Assembly (NCBI GenBank): GCA_018052945.1
Contig: JAGPMH010000003.1
Span: forward strand, 1 to 59,304
Length of the DNA stretch: 59,304 nucleotides
From: Negativicutes bacterium
Lineage (GTDB): Bacteria; Bacillota; Negativicutes; JAGPMH01
Direction: 5' to 3'
In this document: positions 1 to 7,905 of the stretch, in pieces
Layout: every line of letters begins with the position of its first letter
How positions within the stretch are numbered: the first letter of the stretch is position 1
Program-made: the position numbers and the translations under genes
The notes under the pieces: generated by a model
Told to the model about the DNA's origin: nothing
Seen by the model: only the letters and a program-made list of their open reading frames with translations
The model's database searches: none

Positions 1-47
1 TCAAAGGTTCCGCCCATTATCCCTATTCTTCTTTGCTGTGCTGACAT
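1..47 (-). CDS. nadD: Nicotinate-nucleotide adenylyltransferase, first 15 codons only (continues past the left edge)
   Basis: Minus-strand ATG at 45-47 with GGAG about 8 nt upstream. Hand translation MSAQQRRIGIMGGTF(D/E) matches the IGIxGGTFDP nucleotidyltransferase N-terminus of NadD. The yhbY/proBA neighbourhood fits. Confidence 0.5.
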   Translation of the reverse strand, partial: MSAQQRRIGIMGGTF

Positions 48-57
48 CTGTTTTCTC

Positions 58-225
58 CTAGTTAAATTTACTTAGTATCTTTAGCATAATGTTAACTATA
101 ACCAAGACTGTAGCAATAGTTAACATTATAATGACACTGGCTTTAAAATAATCCCAAAAATCGTGATTTCCCTTAGGACTATTATAATATTTATAAAGAT
201 TATTGAAAAATTTTATTAATTTCAT
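58..225 (-). CDS. Hypothetical small membrane protein (55 aa), below the ORF-track cutoff
   Basis: Hand translation MKLIKFFNNLYKYYNSPKGNHDFWDYFKASVIIMLTIATVLVIVNIMLKILSKFN shows one hydrophobic helix. It fills the proA-nadD gap and its stop overlaps the nadD RBS. No clear SD precedes its ATG. Confidence 0.3.
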   Translation of the reverse strand: MKLIKFFNNLYKYYNSPKGNHDFWDYFKASVIIMLTIATVLVIVNIMLKILSKFN

Positions 226-268
226 ATTTAACGATAAATGCCCATACCAAGTATGAGCATTTACACCT

Positions 269-1525
269 TTATCTTATTTGACCGGAGCCTAAAATAACAT
301 ATTTTGTGCTTGTTAATTCCGTTAAGCCCATTGGCCCTCTGGCATGAAGTTTTTGAGTACTAATGCCAATTTCCGCACCATAGCCGAATTCAAAACCATC
401 AGTAAACCGTGTTGAAGCATTTACATACACCGCCGCGGCATCAACTTCATTTTGAAATTTTCGAGAATTATTATAGTCATTAGTGATAATTGCTTCAGAA
501 TGTCTCGTACTATATTGTCCGATATGAGCAATTGCTTCATTAATGTCAGTCAAAATCTTAATATTTAAGATTAAATCACCATATTCTTTAGCCCAATCTT
601 CCGGACTGGCCATTTTAATATTAGAATCTAGAGCACAAGTTTTTTCACAACCACGAACTTCCACTTTATGTTCTGCTAAACTTTTTAACACTGCTGGCAT
701 AAAAGTTTTTGCAACAGCTTCATGTATCAATAAAGTTTCCATTGAGTTGCAAACTGCCGGTCTTGAAACTTTTGCATTAATCGCAATGGCCAATGCCATA
801 TTTAAATCAGCACTCTCATCAATAAAAGTATGACATACCCCAGTTCCGGTTTCAATAACTGGCACTGTACTATTTTCTACTACAGTTTTAATCAATCCAG
901 CACCGCCACGAGGAATTATAACATCTAAATATTGATTCAGTTTCAACATCTCGTTAACAACTTGACGATCAGTATTTTCAATAAAGGCAATCGCCCCCGC
1001 TGGAATTCCAGCTTTCTCTGCAGCAGTCGTTAAAACTTTGATAATTGCAATATTGGAATTAATAGCTTCAGACCCACCACGCAAAATTACAGCGTTGCCG
1101 GATTTTAAGCACAATCCTACAGCATCAGCTGTTACATTTGGTCTTGCTTCATAAATAATACCAATAACACCCAACGGCACTCTTACTTTGCGGATTTCTA
1201 AGCCGTTTGGTCTAACGGTAGCACCAAGACCTTCCCCTACCGGATCAGGTAATGATACCGTTTGTCGTAAGCCTTCTGCCATCGCTGTGATACGTTCTTT
1301 GGTTAATAACAATCGATCTAGCAACGATGCCCGCAAACCTTTTTGTGTGCCATTTTCAATGTCCTTATGGTTTTCTGTTAAAATAAACTCAGCTTCAAAT
1401 TCCAACGCATCAGCCATTTTTAATAAAGCTTCATTTTTTATATTAGTTGGCAAAACAGCCAAGCTAGTAGCCGCTTGCTTTGCTTGTTGAGCTTTTTTCT
1501 CAAGTTCTATATTATTACTTAGCAT
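269..1525 (-). CDS. proA: Gamma-glutamyl phosphate reductase
   Basis: 418 aa full-length aldehyde-dehydrogenase-type ProA sequence (..VRVPLGVIGIIYEARPNVT.., ..CNSMETLLIH..). GGGGAG RBS. Adjacent to proB. Confidence 0.95.
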   Translation of the reverse strand: MLSNNIELEKKAQQAKQAATSLAVLPTNIKNEALLKMADALEFEAEFILTENHKDIENGTQKGLRASLLDRLLLTKERITAMAEGLRQTVSLPDPVGEGLGATVRPNGLEIRKVRVPLGVIGIIYEARPNVTADAVGLCLKSGNAVILRGGSEAINSNIAIIKVLTTAAEKAGIPAGAIAFIENTDRQVVNEMLKLNQYLDVIIPRGGAGLIKTVVENSTVPVIETGTGVCHTFIDESADLNMALAIAINAKVSRPAVCNSMETLLIHEAVAKTFMPAVLKSLAEHKVEVRGCEKTCALDSNIKMASPEDWAKEYGDLILNIKILTDINEAIAHIGQYSTRHSEAIITNDYNNSRKFQNEVDAAAVYVNASTRFTDGFEFGYGAEIGISTQKLHARGPMGLTELTSTKYVILGSGQIR

Positions 1526-1546
1526 TTTAACTCCCCCTATTAGAAT

Positions 1547-2674
1547 TTATACCATTATTACCATATTATCACGGTGAATAACTTCATCATATAGTTTTGA
1601 GCCTAAAATTTTCGAGATATTATTAGTATTTTTACCACAGATTTTTTTTATTTCTTCGGAGTTGTAATTTGCTAAGCCGCGTGCAATTTCACGACCTTGC
1701 TTTGATAAAATCCTCACACTATTACCTTGATCAAAAGTTCCTTTGACCTCTACAATGCCAACTGATAATAGACTTGACCCTTCAGTAATAAGTGCTTTTT
1801 CACACCCCTCATCAACAACCAATTCACCTTTAATCATTGCCCCAAATGCCAACCAGCTTTTTCGAACTTGCAGATGTTGCTCTTTCGCTGGGAAAATAGT
1901 GCCGATTTTTTCACCACTTAAAATATTTCTTACCACACCTTCAAGGGCACCAGAAGCAATGACCATCGTAACACCAGCATTAACAGCAATTTTGGCAGCT
2001 TGAATTTTAGTGTACATACCACCTGTACCAAGTTTAGACCCTGCACCACCAGCTAATTCTTCAATTTCCGGGGTAATATCAGTGATTTCCTCAATCAACT
2101 GTGCGGTAGGATCATTTTGCGGGTTAGCAGTAAATACACCTTCAATATCAGATAAGATAATTAGTAAATCAGCATCAACAATTGTCGCAACAGTCGCCGA
2201 CAAAGTATCATTATCACCAATTTTAAGTTCGTCAATCGCAATCGCATCATTTTCATTGATTACCGGAATAACACCCATCTTTAACAATGTTAATAAGGTA
2301 TTGCGTGAATTTATATATAGTTTATGTTTTACTGAATTTTCTCTGGTTAATAATACTTGAGCAACGATTTGTCCATATTCAGCAAACAATTTTTCATACA
2401 TATGCATTAAAATTCCTTGACCGATGGCTGCTACTGCTTGCTTTTCTGGAATTGTTTTAGGTCGTTCGGTACTACCTAACCGATCTAAGCCAGCTCCCAC
2501 CGCGCCACTGGTAACAAGAATTATCTCTTTACCCTGATTAGCTAAGTCAGCTAGCTCACGAACTAATTTTTCAATACGAAATAAATTAAGTTTTCCATTA
2601 TTATAAGTCAAGGTACTTGTACCAATTTTTACAACTACTCTTACTGCATTTTTTATTTCATTTCGCTTAAACAT
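1547..2674 (-). CDS. proB: Glutamate 5-kinase with C-terminal PUA domain
   Basis: 375 aa with an amino-acid kinase fold N-terminus (VVKIGTSTLT, ..VTSGAVGAG..) and a PUA-like C-terminus. Paired with proA. Confidence 0.95.
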   Translation of the reverse strand: MFKRNEIKNAVRVVVKIGTSTLTYNNGKLNLFRIEKLVRELADLANQGKEIILVTSGAVGAGLDRLGSTERPKTIPEKQAVAAIGQGILMHMYEKLFAEYGQIVAQVLLTRENSVKHKLYINSRNTLLTLLKMGVIPVINENDAIAIDELKIGDNDTLSATVATIVDADLLIILSDIEGVFTANPQNDPTAQLIEEITDITPEIEELAGGAGSKLGTGGMYTKIQAAKIAVNAGVTMVIASGALEGVVRNILSGEKIGTIFPAKEQHLQVRKSWLAFGAMIKGELVVDEGCEKALITEGSSLLSVGIVEVKGTFDQGNSVRILSKQGREIARGLANYNSEEIKKICGKNTNNISKILGSKLYDEVIHRDNMVIMV

Positions 2675-2695
2675 ATTTTCACTCCCTAGTTTATT

Positions 2696-2995
2696 TTACG
2701 GAAGCTCAATTTTAGGTTCATCAGGGTTTTCTTTATAAAGCAACCCATTTCTACCAATAACCTGTACCAGGTGAGAGTTAGATTTTTCCGCTAACTCTGC
2801 AATAACATCTTTAGGATGTTCTAAGCAATTTTGCAATACTTTAATTTTAATTAATTCTCGACTTTTAATAGCTTGTTCCAAGCTTTCTACTAAGGTCTCG
2901 CTTACGCCACCTTTACCTACTTGCACTATCGGATCCATAGTTGACCCCATCGCCCTTAAAAATCTTTTTTGTTTACCAGTTAAACTTTCTAACAA
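2696..2995 (-). CDS. yhbY: YhbY/CRS1-type RNA-binding protein
   Basis: 99 aa. LTGKQKRFLRAMG..DPIVQVGKGGV..IKVK is the classic CRM-domain pattern. TTG start with AGAGG RBS. Confidence 0.85.
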   Translation of the reverse strand: MLESLTGKQKRFLRAMGSTMDPIVQVGKGGVSETLVESLEQAIKSRELIKIKVLQNCLEHPKDVIAELAEKSNSHLVQVIGRNGLLYKENPDEPKIELP

Positions 2996-3006
2996 ATATC
3001 TCGCCT

Positions 3007-4278
3007 CTATTCTTTGAATTCAAATTCCATTTCACCGACATGCACTGTGTCGCCTTCTTTTATTCCTCTAGCTTTAAGAGCTTCATCCACACCTTTTAAG
3101 CGCCAAATATTTTGGAACCTTCTTAAAGCTTCATCATTTTCAAATTTAGTCATTGCCACTAATTTTTCTAGTGATTTACTTACAACAACAAAATCTCCGA
3201 CTTCATCACGTTTAATGACAAAATCTGCTTCAGCTGAATCTTCATATACCTTAACTTCAGCAACAGCTTCCGGTTCTTCCACATAATCATCTAAGGCTTT
3301 AGAAACTCTAATCATTAATTCTTTTAAGCCTTCATTAGTAGCTGCAGAGATTGGGAAAATTTCTTTGCCTTCACTCTCAATAAACTCCTTGAAGCGTTGA
3401 TAATTTTCTTGTGCTTCTGGTAAATCCATTTTATTAGCCGCCACAATTTGCGGTCGATTAGCTAAACGCTCATTGTAAAGTTTCAACTCTTTATTAATTC
3501 TTTGATAATCTTCAATTGGATCACGACCTTCAATGCCCGATACATCTACTACATGTACAATGATTTTTGTTCTTTCTACATGACGTAAGAAATCATGGCC
3601 AAGTCCAACCCCTTCGTGAGCACCTTCAATTAACCCTGGTATATCAGCAATAACAAAACTATGTTCCGGTCCTAAACTTACTACTCCCAATACTGGTACT
3701 AATGTTGTAAAGTGATATTCGGCAATTTCCGGTCTTGCTGCTGAAACCATTGAAACCAAGCTTGATTTACCAACACTTGGATAACCAACTAAGCCAACAT
3801 CAGCCAGTAATTTAAGTTCCAAAACCAAACTTCTGCCCTCGCCCGGCTCACCTTTTTCCGAAAAAGTAGGCGAACGATTTATACTACTAACAAATCTCGC
3901 ATTGCCTCTGCCACCGCGACCACCTCTAACAATAACTGTTTCTTGGCCTACTTCTGTAAGATCTGCTAAAACTTCGCCACTTTCTTCATCTTTAATAATT
4001 GTTCCTGGTGGAACCTTAATATATAATGGTTCAGCTTTTTGTCCATAACAATTTTTAGTCTGACCATTATCACCATTTTTAGCAACGAATTTTCTTTTAT
4101 AACGAAAATCTAGTAAAGTATTAACATTATTATCAACAATAAATACTACATCTCCACCGCGGCCACCATCACCGCCACTTGGTCCACCTTTAGGTACAAA
4201 TTTTTCGCGACGAAAACTGGACATACCATCTCCACCATCACCGGCTTTTACTTGTATCCTTGCTCTATCTATAAACAT
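3007..4278 (-). CDS. obg: GTPase Obg/CgtA
   Basis: 423 aa. Gly-rich Obg fold (MFIDRARIQVKAGDGGDG..), G1 GYPSVGKSS, and a C-terminal OCT domain. Conserved rpmA-spo0B-obg position. Confidence 0.95.
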   Translation of the reverse strand: MFIDRARIQVKAGDGGDGMSSFRREKFVPKGGPSGGDGGRGGDVVFIVDNNVNTLLDFRYKRKFVAKNGDNGQTKNCYGQKAEPLYIKVPPGTIIKDEESGEVLADLTEVGQETVIVRGGRGGRGNARFVSSINRSPTFSEKGEPGEGRSLVLELKLLADVGLVGYPSVGKSSLVSMVSAARPEIAEYHFTTLVPVLGVVSLGPEHSFVIADIPGLIEGAHEGVGLGHDFLRHVERTKIIVHVVDVSGIEGRDPIEDYQRINKELKLYNERLANRPQIVAANKMDLPEAQENYQRFKEFIESEGKEIFPISAATNEGLKELMIRVSKALDDYVEEPEAVAEVKVYEDSAEADFVIKRDEVGDFVVVSKSLEKLVAMTKFENDEALRRFQNIWRLKGVDEALKARGIKEGDTVHVGEMEFEFKE

Positions 4279-4292
4279 TTTTTTCTCCTTAT

Positions 4293-4505
4293 TTATAAGT
4301 CTTTTGCTTTAGCTAACAGCTTTTCAATATCCCTAACATCTTCTATAATATCTTCCATATAACGAAAAGCCCTATCTGTTTTACCCAACTGTAAAAAACC
4401 CTGAATCACTTGAAGATGATTTAAAAAATCATGTCGTTGTAACTTGAGTAAGGTTTTACATTCTTCTGAGATATTGTTTAGCGCAAAATTATCACCATTA
4501 GACAT
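4293..4505 (-). CDS. Spo0B-like helical-hairpin mini-protein (His-containing dimerisation helix only)
   Basis: 70 aa. LQRHDFLNHLQVIQGFLQLGKTDRAFRYMEDI aligns by eye to B. subtilis Spo0B around phospho-His30 (QRHEWLNKLQLIKGNLSL.KYDRVF). It sits at the syntenic spo0B slot between rpmA and obg. The alpha/beta C-domain is absent. Confidence 0.7.
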   Translation of the reverse strand: MSNGDNFALNNISEECKTLLKLQRHDFLNHLQVIQGFLQLGKTDRAFRYMEDIIEDVRDIEKLLAKAKDL

Positions 4506-4577
4506 AAGCTCATCACCCTTCTATCCATTTATTAATAGAAGGTTCGGGATTTTTTGTTAAAATCCTGTTACATTTTT

Positions 4578-4633
4578 AAAAAGCTAGTATTAGATTTCTA
4601 AAATTTCTAGTAAAAATCTAATACTAGCTTTTT
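4578..4633. terminator. Bidirectional intrinsic-terminator-like hairpin (20-bp perfect inverted repeat)
   Basis: AAAAAGCTAGTATTAGATTT (4578-4597) pairs perfectly with AAATCTAATACTAGCTTTTT (4614-4633). A-run and T-run flanks are built into the arms. Confidence 0.6.
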
Positions 4634-4651
4634 ATTAATAATACTGCCATA

Positions 4652-4684
4652 TAAAAACAATACCTGCGGTTAGATACCGCAGGT
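4652..4684 (-). terminator. Rho-independent terminator of the rplU-prp-rpmA operon
   Basis: On the minus strand, just after the rpmA stop: ACCTGCGGT-atcta-ACCGCAGGT followed by ATTGTTTTT. Confidence 0.7.
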
Positions 4685-4692
4685 AATTAGTT

Positions 4693-4986
4693 TTAGATAG
4701 CTTCTTCAGTGTATACGCTAACTTGTCTGTTAACACGGCCTTTACGTTCAAAAGCTACGCGTCCTGCAACTTTAGCATATAAGGTATCATCTTTACCAAT
4801 ACCTACATTGTTTCCTGGATGGAAGTGAGTACCTCTTTGGCGAACTAATATACTGCCAGCAGTAACAACTTCACCTGCATGACGTTTTACGCCTAGACGT
4901 TTTGATTCGCTATCACGTCCATTACGAGTACTACCAACACCCTTTTTATGTGCGAACAATTGTAAATTAAAATTAAACATACTCAT
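4693..4986 (-). CDS. rpmA: 50S ribosomal protein L27 with cleavable N-terminal extension
   Basis: ..[24 protein letters not shown].. is canonical L27. The likely true start is the ATG at 4980 ([14 protein letters not shown]) because GGAGGTG lies 8 nt upstream of it. Confidence 0.95.
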   Translation of the reverse strand: MSMFNFNLQLFAHKKGVGSTRNGRDSESKRLGVKRHAGEVVTAGSILVRQRGTHFHPGNNVGIGKDDTLYAKVAGRVAFERKGRVNRQVSVYTEEAI

Positions 4987-4987
4987 T

Positions 4988-5308
4988 TCACCTCCCGTGC
5001 TCTGAGATTTTTATGTTTTTAGAATTTATTTTTTCGATTTCAACCAAGCCTAATAGCATGGTTTCAAAAATAGCATCTGTTAATTCATCAGGTTCACTCA
5101 ATAAATTTAGTATTAAATTACCACTCTTTACAACATACTCTACTTCTCGTCGCAAATGCTTTGCTACGCCCAGTATCGCCGTCTGCGTTAACGCTGAAAC
5201 TCCAGCACAAACGATATCTTGTCCGTGCGGTGCCATGTCAGCATGACCGGTAACCTTAAAGCCATTGATTTTTCCTGTTGAATTACGAAAAATTTTAACC
5301 TTAATCAT
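4988..5308 (-). CDS. prp: Ribosomal-processing cysteine protease Prp (YsxB family)
   Basis: 106 aa. GF.VTGHA....[11 protein letters not shown] motif carrying the His/Cys dyad. Lies between rplU and rpmA as in Bacillus and Staphylococcus. Confidence 0.9.
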   Translation of the reverse strand: MIKVKIFRNSTGKINGFKVTGHADMAPHGQDIVCAGVSALTQTAILGVAKHLRREVEYVVKSGNLILNLLSEPDELTDAIFETMLLGLVEIEKINSKNIKISEHGR

Positions 5309-5310
5309 TA

Positions 5311-5625
5311 TTAAGCTTCAATTTTTTCGATTACTACTTTAGTAAATGGTTGACGATGACCTTGACGTTTACGATAGTTTGATTTAGCTTTGTATTTGAA
5401 AACTAAAATCTTTTTCGCTTTGCCTTGAGCCTCAACTTTTGCAGTTACTTTTGCACCTGCAACAAGTGGTTTACCAAAAACAGCATTGCCTTCTTTTACA
5501 ACACTAAGAACTTTGTCAAATTCAACAGTGTCACCTTCGTTAGCATTAAGTTTTTCGATAACTACTACATCGCCTTCGCTTACACGGTATTGTTTACCGC
5601 CTGTTTCGATAATTGCGTACATCAT
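5311..5625 (-). CDS. rplU: 50S ribosomal protein L21
   Basis: [18 protein letters not shown].. is canonical L21. Start is probably the second ATG at 5622. Confidence 0.95.
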   Translation of the reverse strand: MMYAIIETGGKQYRVSEGDVVVIEKLNANEGDTVEFDKVLSVVKEGNAVFGKPLVAGAKVTAKVEAQGKAKKILVFKYKAKSNYRKRQGHRQPFTKVVIEKIEA

Positions 5626-5727
5626 TACACCTCCCTATTAATTCCTCGCCAAATACGGTACAGCTAGGCTGTTTTAAAAAACCTCTTCGTGCGGTGGGGA
5701 AAGCAACTTAGTTGCTTACATCGTAAA
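5626..5727 (-). promoter_or_regulatory. 5' leader of the rplU operon (possible L21-leader type autoregulatory RNA)
   Basis: About 100-nt untranslated leader between the promoter and rplU. It contains the hairpin AAGCAACTAAGTTGCTT and a C-rich CCCCACC tract that could pair with the GGGAGGTG SD. No covariance-model check was possible. Confidence 0.35.
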
Positions 5728-5756
5728 ATTTTATCATACTTATTTTTTTTTGTCAA
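5728..5756 (-). promoter_or_regulatory. Sigma-70 type promoter of the rplU operon
   Basis: Minus strand TTGACA (5751-5756), 17-nt spacer, TAAAAT (5728-5733). Confidence 0.6.
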
Positions 5757-5765
5757 TTAACTGTT

Positions 5766-7205
5766 TTATCCTTGTAATAAATAATAAGATTGCGGATTTA
5801 AACCCTTAATGATTTCAATAACAAACTTACCTTTAAGCTCCGCCCCTAAAGTATTTAGTAACTCATCACCCTTTAAAATAGCAGCAACCTCAGCACTGAC
5901 TTGAATGATAATTTTATCAGCCACAAATCCTTTTTTTAAAATTTTTCCGATATCCCTCAAAATATTAATACAAATTGATTCTGCTGATAAAATTCTACCA
6001 CTACCACTACAATGTTGGCACTCTGTATATAAAACACTTTCAATACTTTTGCGCGATTTTTTTCGGGTTATTTCAACCAGACCTAATCCTGTAATACCAA
6101 CAATATTAGTTTTAACTTTATCTTGTTTAAACTTTTCTTCCAGTAACTTTAATAAATACTCTTTTTCCGCAGTGCTTTCCATATCAATAAAGTCAATAAT
6201 AATAATGCCACTTATATCTCGTAGTCTAATCTGTTTTACAATTTCAGCAGCAGCTTCTTTATTGGTATAAAACACCGTATCGGCAAGATTAGTTTTGCCG
6301 ACAAACTTACCAGTATTTACATCAATCACAGTCAAAGCTTCTGCTTTATCAATAACAATATGTCCCCCCGATTTTAACTCAACCTTACGCTTACAGAGTT
6401 TTTCAATTTCCCCTTCAATCTTATAAAAACTAAAGATCGGTTCATGACCTCGATAGTATTCAACTTCAGTCTTAATATCAGGCATATATTTTAGTAATTC
6501 TACTACTCTATTATAAGCATCATAATCATCAATAATCAATTTATCAATAGTACCATCCAAATAGTCCCTTACTATTCTAATAACTAAATCGGCATCACGA
6601 TATAATAGCGTTGGTGGCTTTGAGACCTTAGCTCTTGCATTGACAGCATTCCAAGTATTTAGTAAATATTTTATATCCTTTTTTAATAAATCTTCACTTT
6701 TACCTTCAGCGACAGTTCTAATAATAAGCCCCATATTACCTGGACAAACATTTTGTGCAATATTTTTCAAACGCTCTCGTTCGGTCTCATCTTCAATTCT
6801 TCGCGAGATGCCAATATATTCAGCATTAGGCATTAAAACCACATATCGTCCCGGTATTGTCAAGTTAGTAGTAGCCCTTGGACCTTTGGTATCAGTAGTA
6901 TCTTTAACAATTTGCGTCAATACTTGTTGCCCCACAAAAAACCCCTGATGCGCTGAAATATATTGAGCAATATTATTTTGAAAAACATCACCAATATATA
7001 AAAATGCATTTTTCTTATAGCCAATATCAACAAAGGCCGCTTGCATTCCCGGTAAAACATTTTTAACTTGTCCTTGATAAATATTACCCACTATTGTTGT
7101 CGCTTTATTTCGTTCAATTGCTAACTCCATTAATTCGTTTTCTTCAAGTATTGCCATTCTTGTTTCTGCTGAAATAACATTAACCACAATTGTTTTCACA
7201 AACAT
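5766..7205 (-). CDS. rng: Ribonuclease G/E family endoribonuclease
   Basis: 479 aa. S1 domain (GNIYQGQVKNVLPGMQAAFVDIG), then the DNase-I-like/5'-sensor region (..VIDVNTGKFVG..) and a Zn-link CxxC. Confidence 0.9.
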   Translation of the reverse strand: MFVKTIVVNVISAETRMAILEENELMELAIERNKATTIVGNIYQGQVKNVLPGMQAAFVDIGYKKNAFLYIGDVFQNNIAQYISAHQGFFVGQQVLTQIVKDTTDTKGPRATTNLTIPGRYVVLMPNAEYIGISRRIEDETERERLKNIAQNVCPGNMGLIIRTVAEGKSEDLLKKDIKYLLNTWNAVNARAKVSKPPTLLYRDADLVIRIVRDYLDGTIDKLIIDDYDAYNRVVELLKYMPDIKTEVEYYRGHEPIFSFYKIEGEIEKLCKRKVELKSGGHIVIDKAEALTVIDVNTGKFVGKTNLADTVFYTNKEAAAEIVKQIRLRDISGIIIIDFIDMESTAEKEYLLKLLEEKFKQDKVKTNIVGITGLGLVEITRKKSRKSIESVLYTECQHCSGSGRILSAESICINILRDIGKILKKGFVADKIIIQVSAEVAAILKGDELLNTLGAELKGKFVIEIIKGLNPQSYYLLQG

Positions 7206-7215
7206 CTCTCCAAAA

Positions 7216-7905
7216 TTAAATTAAATCAATTGGGCTTTTACCATTAGCATATAACCCCGTTCGATGGATCAAGGCATCGTCAGATTTAATGTTTAATGCA
7301 AAATTTTCAGTAATAGCAGTTAAAACATCCGTCGGTTTAACACTGCCTCCCGGTGTTATAATAATTGCCATTGTAATCTTCATAATACTGTTATGAAACT
7401 CAGCTTTAATCGATTCTTTAAGATATTGCTTAATTTCAATTTCCTTACTTTGTTTTGGTGTAATCTTTAAATATTTAAGCTCTGCTACTTTATTAAAGTT
7501 TTCAAGAGCCTCGATAGCAGCTTCAACACTGCCCAATAACGGCACTTCAATGCAATATGTTGCTAAATCAACAATAGCCATTAAAGCTTTTTCTTTCTTC
7601 ATTAAATATTTAGCTTGAAGAACCTTAATTCCTCTTGGCAGCTGTTTTTCAAACTTGGCAATAAATTCTTTTATATCAATTTGCTCTTTTAATTCTAGTT
7701 CCATATATTCAGTAGCACTTGTTAACCCCACTGCTAATGCTGAAGCAAAAGCAAGTTTCATGTGCGGATTAAAACCTTCAGAATATGCCACTGGTATTTC
7801 GGCACGCTTTAAAGCTTTTTCAATTGCCCCTGCATAGTCTAAATGTGATATATAACGAATTTCTTCATCTTTACTTATTTCAACACGCAATTTAATCACG
7901 GGCAT
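7216..7905 (-). CDS. Radical-SAM-associated protein (DUF2344/TIGR03936-like)
   Basis: 229 aa. N-terminus ..RYISHLD....ALRRA..P..YS.GFNPH.K... is the family signature. Overlaps the upstream radical SAM gene by 14 nt. Confidence 0.8.
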   Translation of the reverse strand: MPVIKLRVEISKDEEIRYISHLDYAGAIEKALKRAEIPVAYSEGFNPHMKLAFASALAVGLTSATEYMELELKEQIDIKEFIAKFEKQLPRGIKVLQAKYLMKKEKALMAIVDLATYCIEVPLLGSVEAAIEALENFNKVAELKYLKITPKQSKEIEIKQYLKESIKAEFHNSIMKITMAIIITPGGSVKPTDVLTAITENFALNIKSDDALIHRTGLYANGKSPIDLI

